A program made the translations under genes and the position numbers. Below the pieces are notes generated by a model, which was given only the letters and a program-made list of their open reading frames with translations, did no database searches and had not been told where the DNA came from. 64,000 nt of DNA from Octopus vulgaris (Eukaryota): assembly GCA_951406725.2 (NCBI GenBank), contig OX597817.1:108190001-108254000 (forward strand). The letters are read 5' to 3'. Positions 39,601-51,346 of this stretch are shown here, piece by piece; position 1 is the first letter of the stretch; every line of letters begins with the position of its first letter.

Positions 39601-42600
39601 GAAGAAAATGCCAGGTCACAAGCCTATGAAAGACAGGCTAACTCTTGCTCTCTGTGCCAGTTTGAGTGGAGACTTGGAAGATTAAGCCACTCCTTGTCTA
39701 CCATTCTGAAAACCCGTGAGCATTCAAGTCACACAAAATCCTGAAGGAGAAGCTGCAGGTCATGTGGAGGGCAAGCGTTAAAGCCTGGGTCACCAGGTAA
39801 TTCTTCTCTGAGTGGGTCAACTTCGTTTTCAGGCCAGCAGTGAAAAAGTAGGTTCTGGAGAATAGTCTCCTCTTAAGGCCCTCCTTGTTCTCAACAATAT
39901 TCCTGCTCACCCTCTTATCCTTAAAGATATCCTTCATGAATTTAAATTCATAAAAGTTCTGTCCCTTTCACGCAACACCACCCCTATCTTGCAGCCCATG
40001 GACCAAAAGGTGATTTCTAATTTTAAAAAATTGTACACCAAACACCTGTTTCATCAATGCTTCTCAAACTATCTGATGGTGTACTGGCAGTTTTTTTTCA
40101 ATGTGCCAGGGACCAGTAATATTTCTTAGTAATATTAATTTATACTGGAAACAATATATATAATGAATATAATAAAATTTGACAATTTTTTTTTATCTTC
40201 TATTTATTTTGTAAACAAATAATACATTATTACATAGGCATTTTATAATGTTTCTTTCTTTTCTGGAAACTTGCTGTGTACCAGCAGCTGATGGCTTGCG
40301 AACCACCACTTTGGGTAGCAATGACGTATGTGGTGGTGTCACAGTTATAAACTGACCAAGAGAAACAATTTACTGGGCAAACTGTGACTTGTGAGACTTT
40401 CTGGGACTAAATATTACTTTGAATGTTTTTAGAAGTATGACCCACCTGATGATGAGCCATGCCCCATGCAGCCTGTTTCCCAAGAAAGTCCATGCCTGCT
40501 TTAAATAGTCATTCAATCTACTAGAAATAACAGCCAAATTTCCCAGAAAATTACATCAAATCTTAGAAAAAATTGGAAGGAGGTACTAAATGGCATAGTG
40601 CTGGATACACTAATCTTGAAAGAAAAAATAAAATGGTCACAATCAGAATGTTTGATCATAGGTCTGTTCCAGTAGGATTGACCTGGGGTTAAAAACCTAC
40701 ATTTACTGTTCTGTTATTTTGTGGAATGAATCAACAAAAATATAAAAGTATGGAGAAGTTCCAAATTGAAGTAAAAAAATTAGTTCCAAATAGAAGTGAA
40801 GAAAAACAAAAAAACAAAAAAACTTTAGTTGCAGCAAAGTTACCTTTGATTTATCATGTTTAGCAAAATGCTCTGGACTTTCATTATACTTCATATGCAA
40901 CCAATAAAATCGAAATTCTGTCTGAAGAACAAAATGAAATGATGGAAATAATAAAAAAACTATTTATACACATCAGTAAACAATTAGCAGAAGTAATACA
41001 GTAATCAATTTATGTAATAAATCTAATTAATGAAGATACTTTTAACACCAACTACTAATATATTTTTCAAGAGGGACTTGAATAATTTCAGATACAAAAT
41101 AGACCATGTTCAAAAGTTTTATTTAACTGAACTGTACTATGGGGTTAATGTTAAACTGTACTGTGGAAAATGTGAAATTATATTGTGTGAAAAATGTTAA
41201 ACTATGTGTTACAATGTTTCAATCACTACTGTGGAAGAAGACATATCAAGGAAACTACAATAGCAGCTTAGTGTTGTTGAATAATCTTGCTCAATTTAAG
41301 TAGGCTCATAAAACACTGAGAAGAATTAGCGTCATGGATATAAGATATTCAGATTGCTAGGTTGAATTTAATCAGGGGTCAGAACTTGGCATGGTTGTGG
41401 TTGTGTGCTTAAGAAATTTGCTTCTTAACCACAATGTTCTGTGTTCAGTCCCACTGTATAACAACTTGGGTCAATGTCTTTGACTATAGCCCTGGTCTGA
41501 CCAAAGCCTTGTAAGTGGATCTGGGAAAGTGAAACTGAAAGAAGTCAGCCATGTGTATGAGTGTCTGTGTGTGTATATATATATATATACATACACACAC
41601 ACATATATGTATATACACATACACACACACATATATATAGTTAAGCAATACTGGCATCGGCCACAAAATACACACACACACACATCATAAAGTATGTGTG
41701 TGTGTGTGAGCATGTGTATGTTCATCTCATCGTCTTGACATTGTGTAACTATTGTAAATGAATGTCATTCTTCTCCAGCATTCTGCAAAAACAAATCTGG
41801 CCATGAGGAAATATTACTATACTTCGTAAGTGTTGGTAACAGGAAGGACATCAAGCTGTAGAAAGTTTGCTACAATATACTTCATCCATCCCATGAAAGC
41901 ATGAAAAAGTGAACATGAAAATGATGATGTATACATGCTATCTTAAATTTAAAATGTGTCCCCTCTTTTCATCTGGCAATCAGTTGGGTGCTTATATATT
42001 GCATAAGTAAACAAGTTTTGTTGGTTACATTTTCACTACATTTCTGATAGTAAGTGTATTAAATGAATGCTTATAACTTGGTGCAGAAAAAAACATTGTG
42101 TCTGAAGAGTAGTAGTTTTTTAGTTTATTTGTTAATGTTTACATCCTTTGCCAATATATATTAGCAAAAGATATCCACATACATGCATACATATTTTTTT
42201 TTTCTGTAGTTTCTGCTCAGAGCTGTGACCATGCTGATGCACCACCGTTAAAAAATAAACAAACAACCGTAATCGATTTTTGAACCTTACTGGGTTCTCA
42301 TCAGAGGTGTCCACATCATTCTGACAGTCTGTAAGGCTCTTGCATAATTTATATCTGATTTCCACAGGAAAGGTTAGCTTGAAACTATGATAGAACACTC
42401 AATGCACCATGCTGTGGAATTGAACCTAGATCTCACAGAGTTCTAATAATATCCTTTTCAGCACCTTGTATGACAAATTTGGTTCCTAAATAGAAGCTCT
42501 ATTATTGGATTGGTGGTAAAATATTATCCTATTGTGGCCAAAACAGCAGCTAGTCATCATCATTTAGTGTCTGTTTTCCATGCTGGCATGGGTTGGACAA

Positions 42601-44451
42601 TTTGAAAGGAGCTGACCAGGCTCCAATTGTCTGTTTTGGCAAAGTTTCTACAGCTGGATGCCCTTTCTAATACCAACTTTACAGAATGTACTGGGTGCTT
42701 TTACATGGCACTGGCACAACCTCACAAGACAGTTAAAATTATTATTTTCTGCATAATTGGCTAGAAATCATGTAGACTAGAGATAAACTTTTAGAAATTC
42801 AGGCCAGTGAGCTAATTTTAATTCCTAGCTAGATCTTCACATGCCTTTTCAAATGATACCAGTATCACTAAAAATCTCATGTTTCATATCCAAGTATGTA
42901 ATAAAATTTCAATCATTCATTGTCAAGCAAATTTTTTGTCCTCAATTTGAGGTTTAACTCTAAAATTACTCTATTTCAAAACTAAATATTACTTCACCAC
43001 ATGATTTATTTGCTGTGTAGTATATTTACTACACAGTAAAGGCACATGGCTCAGTGGTTAGAGCATTGGGCTCACACTCATGAGGAAGTGAGTTCGATTT
43101 CCAGACCAGGTTATGTGTTGTGTTTTTGAGCAAGACACTTTATTTCGCATTGCTCTAGTTCACTCAGCTGTAGAAATGAGTTGCGACGTCACTGGTATCA
43201 AACTGTATCAGCTTTTGTCTTTCCCTTGGATAACATAAGTGGTATGGAGAGGGGAATCTGGTATGCATTGGCAACTACTGGTCTTCCATAAACAATCTTG
43301 CCCAGACTTGTGCCTCAAAGGGTAACTTTCTGGGTGCAATCCCATGATCATTCATGACAAAAGAGGAGTCTTTACCCTTTAGTCTATTTACATAGATAAA
43401 TTCAAGATGTACTGAAAAGACATTATAAAACAGTAAACTCTACTACAAAACAAATGTTTACTATTTTTTCTTTATTCCTGTGGAGAAATTTTCAGTGTAT
43501 GAGAATAGAGCAAAGAGTATCATCTTACCTCTGTGTCATACATTGGGTGACCATTCCAGCACATAACATCAAGGATATAATAAACATTTTCTGCTTCATT
43601 ACATATGCAGTCAAGTATGGTACCAGCTGAAATACAGATGAAATAGTATAGTATAACTCTTAAGAGTACAAAATAACTAGAATGAGATAAAAAGCAATAA
43701 AAGTGAAATGTGTAGTTTTATGATGCTTGGAAGATTAATTTAACCAACAAAGAAAAATAAAAGTTTCATTTATGGTATGTAGTAAACCCATTTGTTACTA
43801 TATTCCTATTGAAAAACACCATCATTCTCTTGAGAATTATGAAAAATTTAGTAAAATAATTTTGTCATTATTAAGTTGGTGTTTGGAATATAAATTAACA
43901 TTAAATTTTGATAGAAGATTTTAAATTAAACCATATTAAAACAAAAGTTTGTACCAAACAAAGAAGGACAGTCTCATGCAGATACATATCAAAATTATTA
44001 AAGACAGCATTATCTCATGGTACCAAAGAGAATTACAGAAACACAAATTTATCATCACAATGTCAGTACAAGAACTGATGTTAGCATGAAAGTTTTATAA
44101 ACGTATTAGTAGGGTCACAACCTTAACAGTAATGAACTACAGGATGGTATTAGACAGGACTTGCTGAAATTTTTTAAACTCAAGTTGATGCATACACTTA
44201 ATATCATTAATAACATCTTTTACTTGTTTCAGTCATTCGACTGTGGCCAAGCTGGGGCACCATCTTGAAGAATTTTAGACGAATGAATTGACCCCTGTAT
44301 TTATTTACTTTTCTAAGACTGGCACTTATTGTATTGGTCTCTTTTGCCAAACTGCTAAATTAGGGGTATGTAATCATACCAACACCAGTTGTCAAACAGT
44401 GGTGAGGGACAAACAATGACACAAAGACACACACACACACACACACACATA

Positions 44452-44498
<47 letters not shown>

Positions 44499-47400
44499 TA
44501 TATATATATACATTATATACAATGGGCTTCTTTTAGTTTCCATCTTCCATCACAAGGTTTTGGTCAGCCCAAGGCTATAGTAAAAGACACTTGCCCAAGG
44601 TGTCATGCAGCAGGACTGAACCCAGAACCATATATAAAAAAACTATTTTATTATTTCATAGAATTTACACACCCAATCTAGATTATAAATAATAATAATA
44701 ATGAAATTATTGTATAGTGTTCATGTGCATCACAACTTGTCAAAAGTGCATATAAAGCATATGCAGTAATGTACAAATATCTGGAGAGTGAACAGTGTAT
44801 GAGTCAGATACATGCATGCATGTGTATGGAAGGGAGAAAATCAGGTGTAGTATTGGCGAATCTCAGGAAGCATGGAAGTTTTGAAGGATGCAGTGCTCCG
44901 ACAACTAACAACTGTTGCCGGCAGTTTGTTCCATACTTCAGCAACTCTTAGTGTGAAAAAATGTTCCCGAAAGTCATGGGAGCTGTGCTGTTTTCTGACT
45001 TTGTAAACATGTCCACAGGTGTTAGACAGGTGGAGTTTGAAAAGGTACTCAGAGTTATTGTTAGTAAGATGGTTAATAATTGGTTATATCCAACCATTTA
45101 ATATTTCACTCATCAACACTCTATAACCCACTTTTAAGGGCAAAAGAGGGAGCCAAACTTCAACAAGAGTTGTTGAACATGCCAGAAATAACAAGCAAAT
45201 TCTCCTAAAACTACACTTTACCGTCTTCAAAGGACATTAGATAGCATAGTCTTAGGTACATTACAGCTGAAAATAAAATGAAAGAGTCATGGCAGTAATG
45301 TTTTGATCATGTCTGCTTGATTAGAGATGACTAGGACATAAGCAACAACAACAGCTACTCATTGTGTTAGGTCTTCTACCACAAATGAAAAAGCATTTTC
45401 CCTCTTCAACATGTTAACTGTATATTAATAATAATAATAATAATAATAATAACTGATGCCAACAGTTTGTTCCATACTTCAGCAACTCTTAGCATGAAAA
45501 AAATGTTTCTGAAAGTCATGAGAGCTGTGCTGTTTTCTGACTTTGTAAACATGTCCATGGGTGTTAGACAGGTGGAGTTTGAAAAGGTGCTCCTCCAGGC
45601 TAAACATAGTCCATCTTCTATATCTCACTCTTACAGTGTTCTGCACACCAAGAAGTTCTGGGTTAAATATTAACAGGAAGATAATCATACTGCAAGGTCA
45701 AAAAAAATAAATAAATAAATAAAATAAAATTTTAAAAATCAAAAAAAAAAAATATTTGTTCCAGCAATTTCTAAATATATTTACGCATCAACACATGCTG
45801 AAAGGAAGTGTTTACCTTCATGATAAGATCCATGATCTCTGTTACCACCAGGAAACATTGAAGGAAATCTATTCACTAAATAACCATTTTTAGTATAAAC
45901 TGTTGTGGATCCCTGAAGTGAAAAATAATAGAGTAAACCTCATTGAATATAAATTATACCAAATGATTTTTCTACATAACACCTTTAATCCTGTTGTTAT
46001 CATATTTCTACTGAAATACACTGATTTCAGTTAATTTTGAAAATAATGAGTAAAATAACTTTGTCATTAGTAATTTGGTGTTTGGAACATGAATTAACAT
46101 GAAATTTTGATGGAAGGTTTTAATTTAGTTCACATTAAAACAAGAAGTTTGTATCACAGAATCAGAGGCAGTCTCAGGCTGACTGGTATGAAAAGGGTTA
46201 AGATATCACTAGTGGACACCAGACCTTCGATGATGCAATAAACACATTTTTTAAAGTGGACAATGAAGAAAGAAAGGTTTTGTCCTAAAATTTGCCTGTT
46301 GTAAAAGTTAATAAAGAGTTATGTTTAGGTGTAATTTCCAATTAAAATAACTCTTAATAGATTTAAGCTTAATTTGTATAAGATAATTTAGCCCTTTAGC
46401 GTTTAGATTACTCTTTCAAATATAATGCTTATTTATTCACATTGTTTTGAATTAATCATGTATTACCTTGTAGTTTCAAGATTTCAGTGATGTGATTATT
46501 TATTTTAAGAATGACATTGTGTGGTAGATAAGAGAGGCTGAATCTGGGTAGTTTGAACACAAAACAGGCAGAATATTAGAGCCAGATATAGCTAGTTTAA
46601 ATGCTAAAGGGTTAATTTGTATGGAATGGAAATATCTAAGTTAATGTCTTAAAGGAATCATTGTGAATAAGTTTTCCTTATTTAGCAACTGAAAGTAATG
46701 CACTTTTTCAATGATTTTAGTAACAAGAAGGGGAAACAAAAATGAACTTTTAAGGCAAGAAATAATCCCAAACTCTAAGAGTAATGAAGTTAAGAGATGC
46801 TTTTTTCTTCTGGGCAAGATAGCAGTTTTATTCCTGAGAGATGAAGTTTTGTAATGTAACAAACTACTTTTTATTTTCGCAATTTTCCTACTGACCACTG
46901 CTTAAAAATAAATGGACTGCTCTATCAAGAATTACAAGTCTATATCAGGTTATTCAATTCTAAAATGTACAACACATGCACTTTTCAACATTATGGCTTA
47001 AAATTATGAAAGGAATTGAGAAAGAGAAACATTACTTACTTTAGAAGCAACTACCAAACACCGTTTCCCCACAGGACATACCACAAGTGACCATTCTTGT
47101 TCAAAGTCAATTGGTACTTCTACCAACCATTCAGAAAGCATAAGCTAGAAGACAAAACAAAATAAACTTTGTCTAATTTTATGTATGTACATATGTATGC
47201 TGAACATCATTTCTTATTAGGTTCCAGTTAGTTAAAAATGGAGATTAATTTGTTCACCAATACATTCTCAAGGAAGACAACAGCTTAAAGGTCAATATTT
47301 TATTGCTATAAGAAAAACCTGTTGCTAGTATGTAACCATAAAGAGTGAATAAAATATTTAACCCTTTCGCTACTGCATTTTTTTTTTTTGAGATGCTCTG

Positions 47401-48547
47401 TGTTTCTTTCAATTACTTTAAAATATAACAAAGAATTTAGTAAAATAACTTCATTATCACTAAGCTAGTGTTAGGAACATAAATTGTGACTAAGGTTTAG
47501 TGGAAGATTTTAATTCAAAACTTATGAAAACAAGACATTTATACTACAGAGCCAGAGCCGGTTTCAGCCAGGTTGGTAATGAAAGGGTTAAAGTGGTGTA
47601 TGAGGTTATCAGGGAAACATTCTCACAACAAAATTTCAACAGATTAAAAAGCTAAAAGAATGTCATTTAATAAAAGTTCTATTATGCTTTTCTTTTTTTA
47701 TCTTATAAATTTTTTACCTCAAGATGTTCTTTTCAAAAACAAAAAAAAAAAAGAAAAGAAAAATCAATTAAATTTGAGCAACGGATTGAGCATTCACTCA
47801 ATTATTTCGTAACTCCAAAACAAAGAGGTAGTCTGGTATTGGATAATGCAGTCTCTACTGTCAAATCACACTAATAATTTGAATAGAGGAGTAAGTCTAA
47901 AACCTAAGCAAGCCAGCATTGTTCTTAATTTAAAAAAAAGAAGATATTTTTTTTAGCTGTTCTACATAATTATAAATCATCTTAGTCTTTGAGAGAGGCC
48001 AATAAAATTAAAGGTTTCTATTGTTTTACAAAATACATGAATCTATAGGACTGATAATATACTTCAATTTCCAATAGTTTTAAGCAAACGAGTGGTGTGT
48101 CTAACATAATCTATTGGCATTCAGTGTCATTATCTGGGATCAGCTTCATGGGAAGATAAACCATAGGTGTACTTTCAAGATGCTAATACAGAACAGTAGA
48201 GGACTGATGTTCACAACTGCGGAAGTTATAACACACACACACACATATAAATGTAAAATAATAAGGCTGAAAAATTGAATATTAATTTGATTAATATCAA
48301 TTCAAAACCAGTGGTCTAGCATATTTAAAATCTGAAGTTTCAGAAAAAATTATATTACATACATATAAAAGGGATGACCCGTAAGTGGACATCCATTATG
48401 CTAGAAGAAGATCCATTATGGTCTTACCACTAAGAAAGAAATGTTCTCAAGAAAATTTAGCAAACGCCAGAACGTAAGAGAGCAAGACAAATGAAAAGAT
48501 ACAAAATATAGATTGTCCACTTACAGGTCATCCCTTTTATATGTACG

Positions 48548-48634
<87 letters not shown>

Positions 48635-50825
48635 GAGAACTTGGGACGTATATGGTAAGAATAAGTAAAATAATTATCTTTTCAGCACAGAGGAGCTTTT
48701 TAAATAAGGAATGGTGCTTAACTATGGTTTCATAGCATCATACGAATGAGAGAGACACCTTCACAAGGATAACACAGCAGTTGATGACAGATAACACTCC
48801 AAGATGATCTAGTACCTATTTATATGAAGGAGATAAACTGAGACAAAGTAGAATGGAGTAATTCTTTAAGAAACACAATGGAATGCTCGTAGCAAATTTT
48901 AACTCACAAGCTTTGAGCAGACAGTTGTCTTAAATTGTCATACATATAGTATTACCATAAATTACTCACACAGGCATTTTGTGAGAAACTCAGAGTGAAA
49001 TAAGAGAAAATAATATTGATTGCAAACAAACAGATTTAAATGTAAATTTCTTGTTGATCAAGCAACTGCAATCAACTTGCATAAATTTCTGATGTGGAAC
49101 AGACTAATTTTATTTTAATTTTCTTAAAATTAATTTCAAAGCTCTTAATTTTCACTATCTAATTTGCCCTATTAGGCAATGGGATAATGAATATAACTGT
49201 TGATTAAGTGTTAATTCTAGTGGTTTATCTAGTGGACATTTAACCTGTATATATTCTGGTTGAAGAGTACCAAATGAGCATCATCACAAGTAATAGAATA
49301 CTTAATGAGACTCATAGGTTTAATAAAAGGTTTGGTTCTAAAAATTCAAGAGTGTTAACTAATGTGACAAGTACTTGAAGACCAGAAGGTACAATAGTCA
49401 AAATGTTCTAAATCTGACAACCATGATGAGGATAAATATATTCTTTTCTACTCTAGGCACAAGGCCCGAAATTTTTTGGGAGGGGGCCAGTTGATTAGAC
49501 TGGCCTCAGTATGCAACTGGTACTTAATTTATTGACCCTAAAAGGATGAAAGGCAAAGCTGACCTTGGCGGAATTCAAACTCAGAACGTAACGGCAGACA
49601 AAATACCGCTAAACATTTCGCCAGGCATGCTAACAATTTTGTCAGCTCACAGCCTTTAAAAGCTAGAAAAATATTCTTTTTTACTCAAGGTACAAGGCCC
49701 GAAATGTTTTGGGAGGAGGGCAAGTTGATTAGATCGACCCTAGTATGCAATTAGTACTTAATTTATCAACCCCTGAAAGGATGAAAGGTAAAGTTGAACT
49801 TGACAAACTAAATATATTAGCATATGAAATTTGTTTCTTTGGTGGTGTTTTACTTGGCTATAAAAGTACCTCTGACACAAAGAATAAAAAGCTTAAGCCA
49901 ACAAGAAGCCTCTATATTATTGCTCAATGTGCTAGAAACAGTAGCCATATCTCTCTCAAATTACATCTAACTATTTTAAAAAGAAAATGACATTAAATAA
50001 TGTATTCCAGGATATATATATGTAAAAAAAGACTGAATGTCTTTGATCATAAGTCAGCTCAATCAAAGATGATTTGGAGTAAAAAAAAAATCTAGATTCA
50101 AAATTCAACAAAATTAAATATGAATGAGCTCAAAAATGTAAAGCCTTGTAATAGGTTGAAAGAAAATCTATACTTGAAGAAATCAATGTTTTAACAAATA
50201 AAGCCAAGTAACCTGATTTTGATAAAATCTTCCTGGTTTTTTAAATACTTCATACTCCATAGACTCTTCAGCAGATACATCCTCTTCTTGAGCATCTTCG
50301 GATTCCCAACTATTATCTACAAGTTGACGTATATTTTTAAGATAATCAAACCGATTTCTGAAAAAGACAGGAAAAAATATATGGTGACACAACTTCAAAT
50401 AATACAAAATGTACACTAGGTATGTATTTTAACTTCACCTAAACATCTTCCTCTAAATACCTTGAAATTGTGAAATAAATACGTAATTGAAGTTTATTAT
50501 GGCTAACAAACAGTTGCTGAGAAGAATCCATGAAATGGATCTTACACCAATGCCTGAGAAAGCCAATTGATTGCTTAGCATTAAGTCACTTAAAAAAGAC
50601 TGATTGTTATTGACTTCCCCAAAAGAGAAATAAGATATTTGAACTTATTATAGGTGCATGAGTAGCTGTGTGATAAGTAGCCTGCTTACAAACCACATGG
50701 TTCCGGGTTCAGTACCACTGCGTGGCACCCTGGGCAAGTGTCTTCTACTATAGCCTCAGGTCAACCAAAGCCTTGTGAGTGGATTTGGTAGATGGAAACT
50801 GAAAGAAGCCCATTGTATATATATG

Positions 50826-50894
<69 letters not shown>

Positions 50895-51346
50895 TTGTGT
50901 GTCTGTGTTTGTCCCTCCAAGATCGCTTGACAACCGATGATGGTGTTTACATTCCCGTAACTTAGCAGTTCGGCAAAAGAGACCGATAGAATAAGTACTA
51001 GGCTTACAAAGAATAAGTCCTGGGGTCGATTTGCTCGACTAAAGGCAGTGCTCCAGCATGGCCACAGTCAAATGACTGGAACAAGTAAAAGAGAAAGAGA
51101 TAAAAGAGATTATTCACTGCTACAATACTACTTTTGCATGACATTGATAGTTTCTACACTTCTTTCTATTGAACAATGTGTTACTTACTGTTTTTGTATA
51201 TGTAATATCCTCTGCCGTCGCTCATTTTGATCCAAAATATTCTTTCGGCATTTATATTGGCTGAGACGAGGGTGTACAGCATCAGTTGAATTGGGTTCAA
51301 ATTTGACTTGAACAGTCTCAGCTAATTGTTCTGCAAGTTGTTCCAT
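36247..51346 (-). CDS. SNUPN: Snurportin-1 (m3G-cap-binding snRNP import adaptor); complement join 51346-51189, 50357-50213, 47144-47040, 45912-45816, 43626-43529, 40921-40844, 38322-38245, 36690-36247; 1203 nt, about 400 aa
   Basis: Eight exons read by hand with GT/AG boundaries and consistent phases. The translation shows recognisable snurportin motifs: HPRLSQYK (IBB-like N-terminus), [58 protein letters not shown]. Confidence 0.96.
37525..37905 (+). mobile_element. tRNA-derived SINE with internal microsatellite (degenerate)
   Basis: Colinear with the copy at 50652-51100. Confidence 0.7.
38245..38322 (-). CDS. SNUPN: SNUPN coding exon 7 ([26 protein letters not shown])
   Basis: Acceptor attttacag, donor TCA|GTAAGT; 78 nt; matches the F..L.NFPC segment of snurportin. 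Confidence 0.93.
38985..40054 (+). mobile_element. Tigger/pogo transposase remnant in a SNUPN intron
   Basis: [55 protein letters not shown]; several stops and frameshifts. Confidence 0.9.
40055..40323. mobile_element. hAT-type MITE truncating the Tigger copy
   Basis: caatgcttctcaaac ... ctttgggtagcaatg termini. Confidence 0.5.
40844..40921 (-). CDS. SNUPN: SNUPN coding exon 6 ([26 protein letters not shown])
   Basis: Acceptor ttgttcttcag, donor AAG|GTAACT; 78 nt. Confidence 0.95.
41385..41930 (+). mobile_element. tRNA-headed SINE with microsatellite spacer and RTE-type tail
   Basis: Head as at 50652; tail gttggtaacaggaaggacatc...ccatgaaagcatgaaa...atgatgatg. Confidence 0.65.
42266..42308 (-). 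ncRNA. Inactivated minimal hammerhead in a SNUPN intron (sense strand)
   Basis: acct-CTGATGA-gaacc(cagtaa)ggttc-AAAA-atcgat-TA-cggt; GAAA changed to AAAA. Confidence 0.55.
42555..42720 (-). mobile_element. RTE-type SINE/LINE 3' tail
   Basis: catcatcatttagtgtctgttttccatgctggcatggg ... ctggatgccctttc. Confidence 0.6.
43040..43380 (+). mobile_element. tRNA-derived SINE with CORE/V-like body
   Basis: A box tggctcagtggttagagc, B box gttcgattt, body ttgagcaagacactt...cactcagctgt. Confidence 0.7.
43529..43626 (-). CDS. SNUPN: SNUPN coding exon 5 ([32 protein letters not shown])
   Basis: Acceptor gtatttcag, donor GAG|GTAAGA; 98 nt. Confidence 0.96.
44218..44630 (-). mobile_element. tRNA-derived SINE, inverted relative to the copies at 41385 and 50652
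   Basis: Reverse complement of the 50652 family, with an internal (TA)n/(TG)n. Confidence 0.75.
44689..45050 (-). mobile_element. CR1-type LINE 3' fragment with (ATT)n tail
   Basis: Minus strand encodes [10 protein letters not shown]...[15 protein letters not shown]. Confidence 0.75.
45428..45690 (-). mobile_element. Second CR1-type LINE 3' fragment
   Basis: About 140 bp nearly identical to 44910-45050; track [24 protein letters not shown]. Confidence 0.75.
45816..45912 (-). CDS. SNUPN: SNUPN coding exon 4 ([32 protein letters not shown])
   Basis: Acceptor ttcacttcag, donor AAG|GTAAAC; 97 nt. Confidence 0.95.
45989..46197 (+). mobile_element. piggyBac-type MITE
   Basis: TTAA flanks; ends aaaagggTTAA; related to 30968 and 43787-44000. 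Confidence 0.7.
46392..46611. mobile_element. piggyBac-type MITE (second family)
   Basis: ccctttagcgttta ... taaatgctaaaggg-TTAA. Confidence 0.75.
47040..47144 (-). CDS. SNUPN: SNUPN coding exon 3 ([35 protein letters not shown])
   Basis: Acceptor tgtcttctag, donor AAA|GTAAGT; 105 nt; contains the conserved cap-stacking Trp motif LSEWL. Confidence 0.96.
47362..47587 (+). mobile_element. piggyBac-type MITE
   Basis: TTAA-ccctttc ... gaaaggg-TTAA. Confidence 0.8.
49440..49800 (-). mobile_element. Two tandem Meta-like SINEs (second one partial)
   Basis: Same core and head as 31850-32086. Confidence 0.75.
50213..50357 (-). CDS. SNUPN: SNUPN coding exon 2 ([19 protein letters not shown]...[10 protein letters not shown])
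   Basis: Acceptor tctttttcag, donor CAG|GTTACT; 145 nt; overlaps track ORF 50183..50416. Confidence 0.94.
50652..51105 (+). mobile_element. Full-length tRNA-derived SINE with internal (TA)n(TG)n
   Basis: A box tagctgtgtgataag, B box gggttcagtacc, ctgggcaagtgtcttctactatagcc body, (AAAGAG)-type tail. Confidence 0.85.
51189..51346 (-). CDS. SNUPN: SNUPN coding exon 1 ([52 protein letters not shown])
   Basis: ATG at 51346; 158 nt; donor CA|GTAAGT. An acceptor-like ttttatttcatcaag just upstream implies a non-coding first exon. Confidence 0.95.

Noticed and set aside
43040-43110. tRNA gene
   Set aside because: A/B boxes present but no acceptor stem; it continues into a SINE body.
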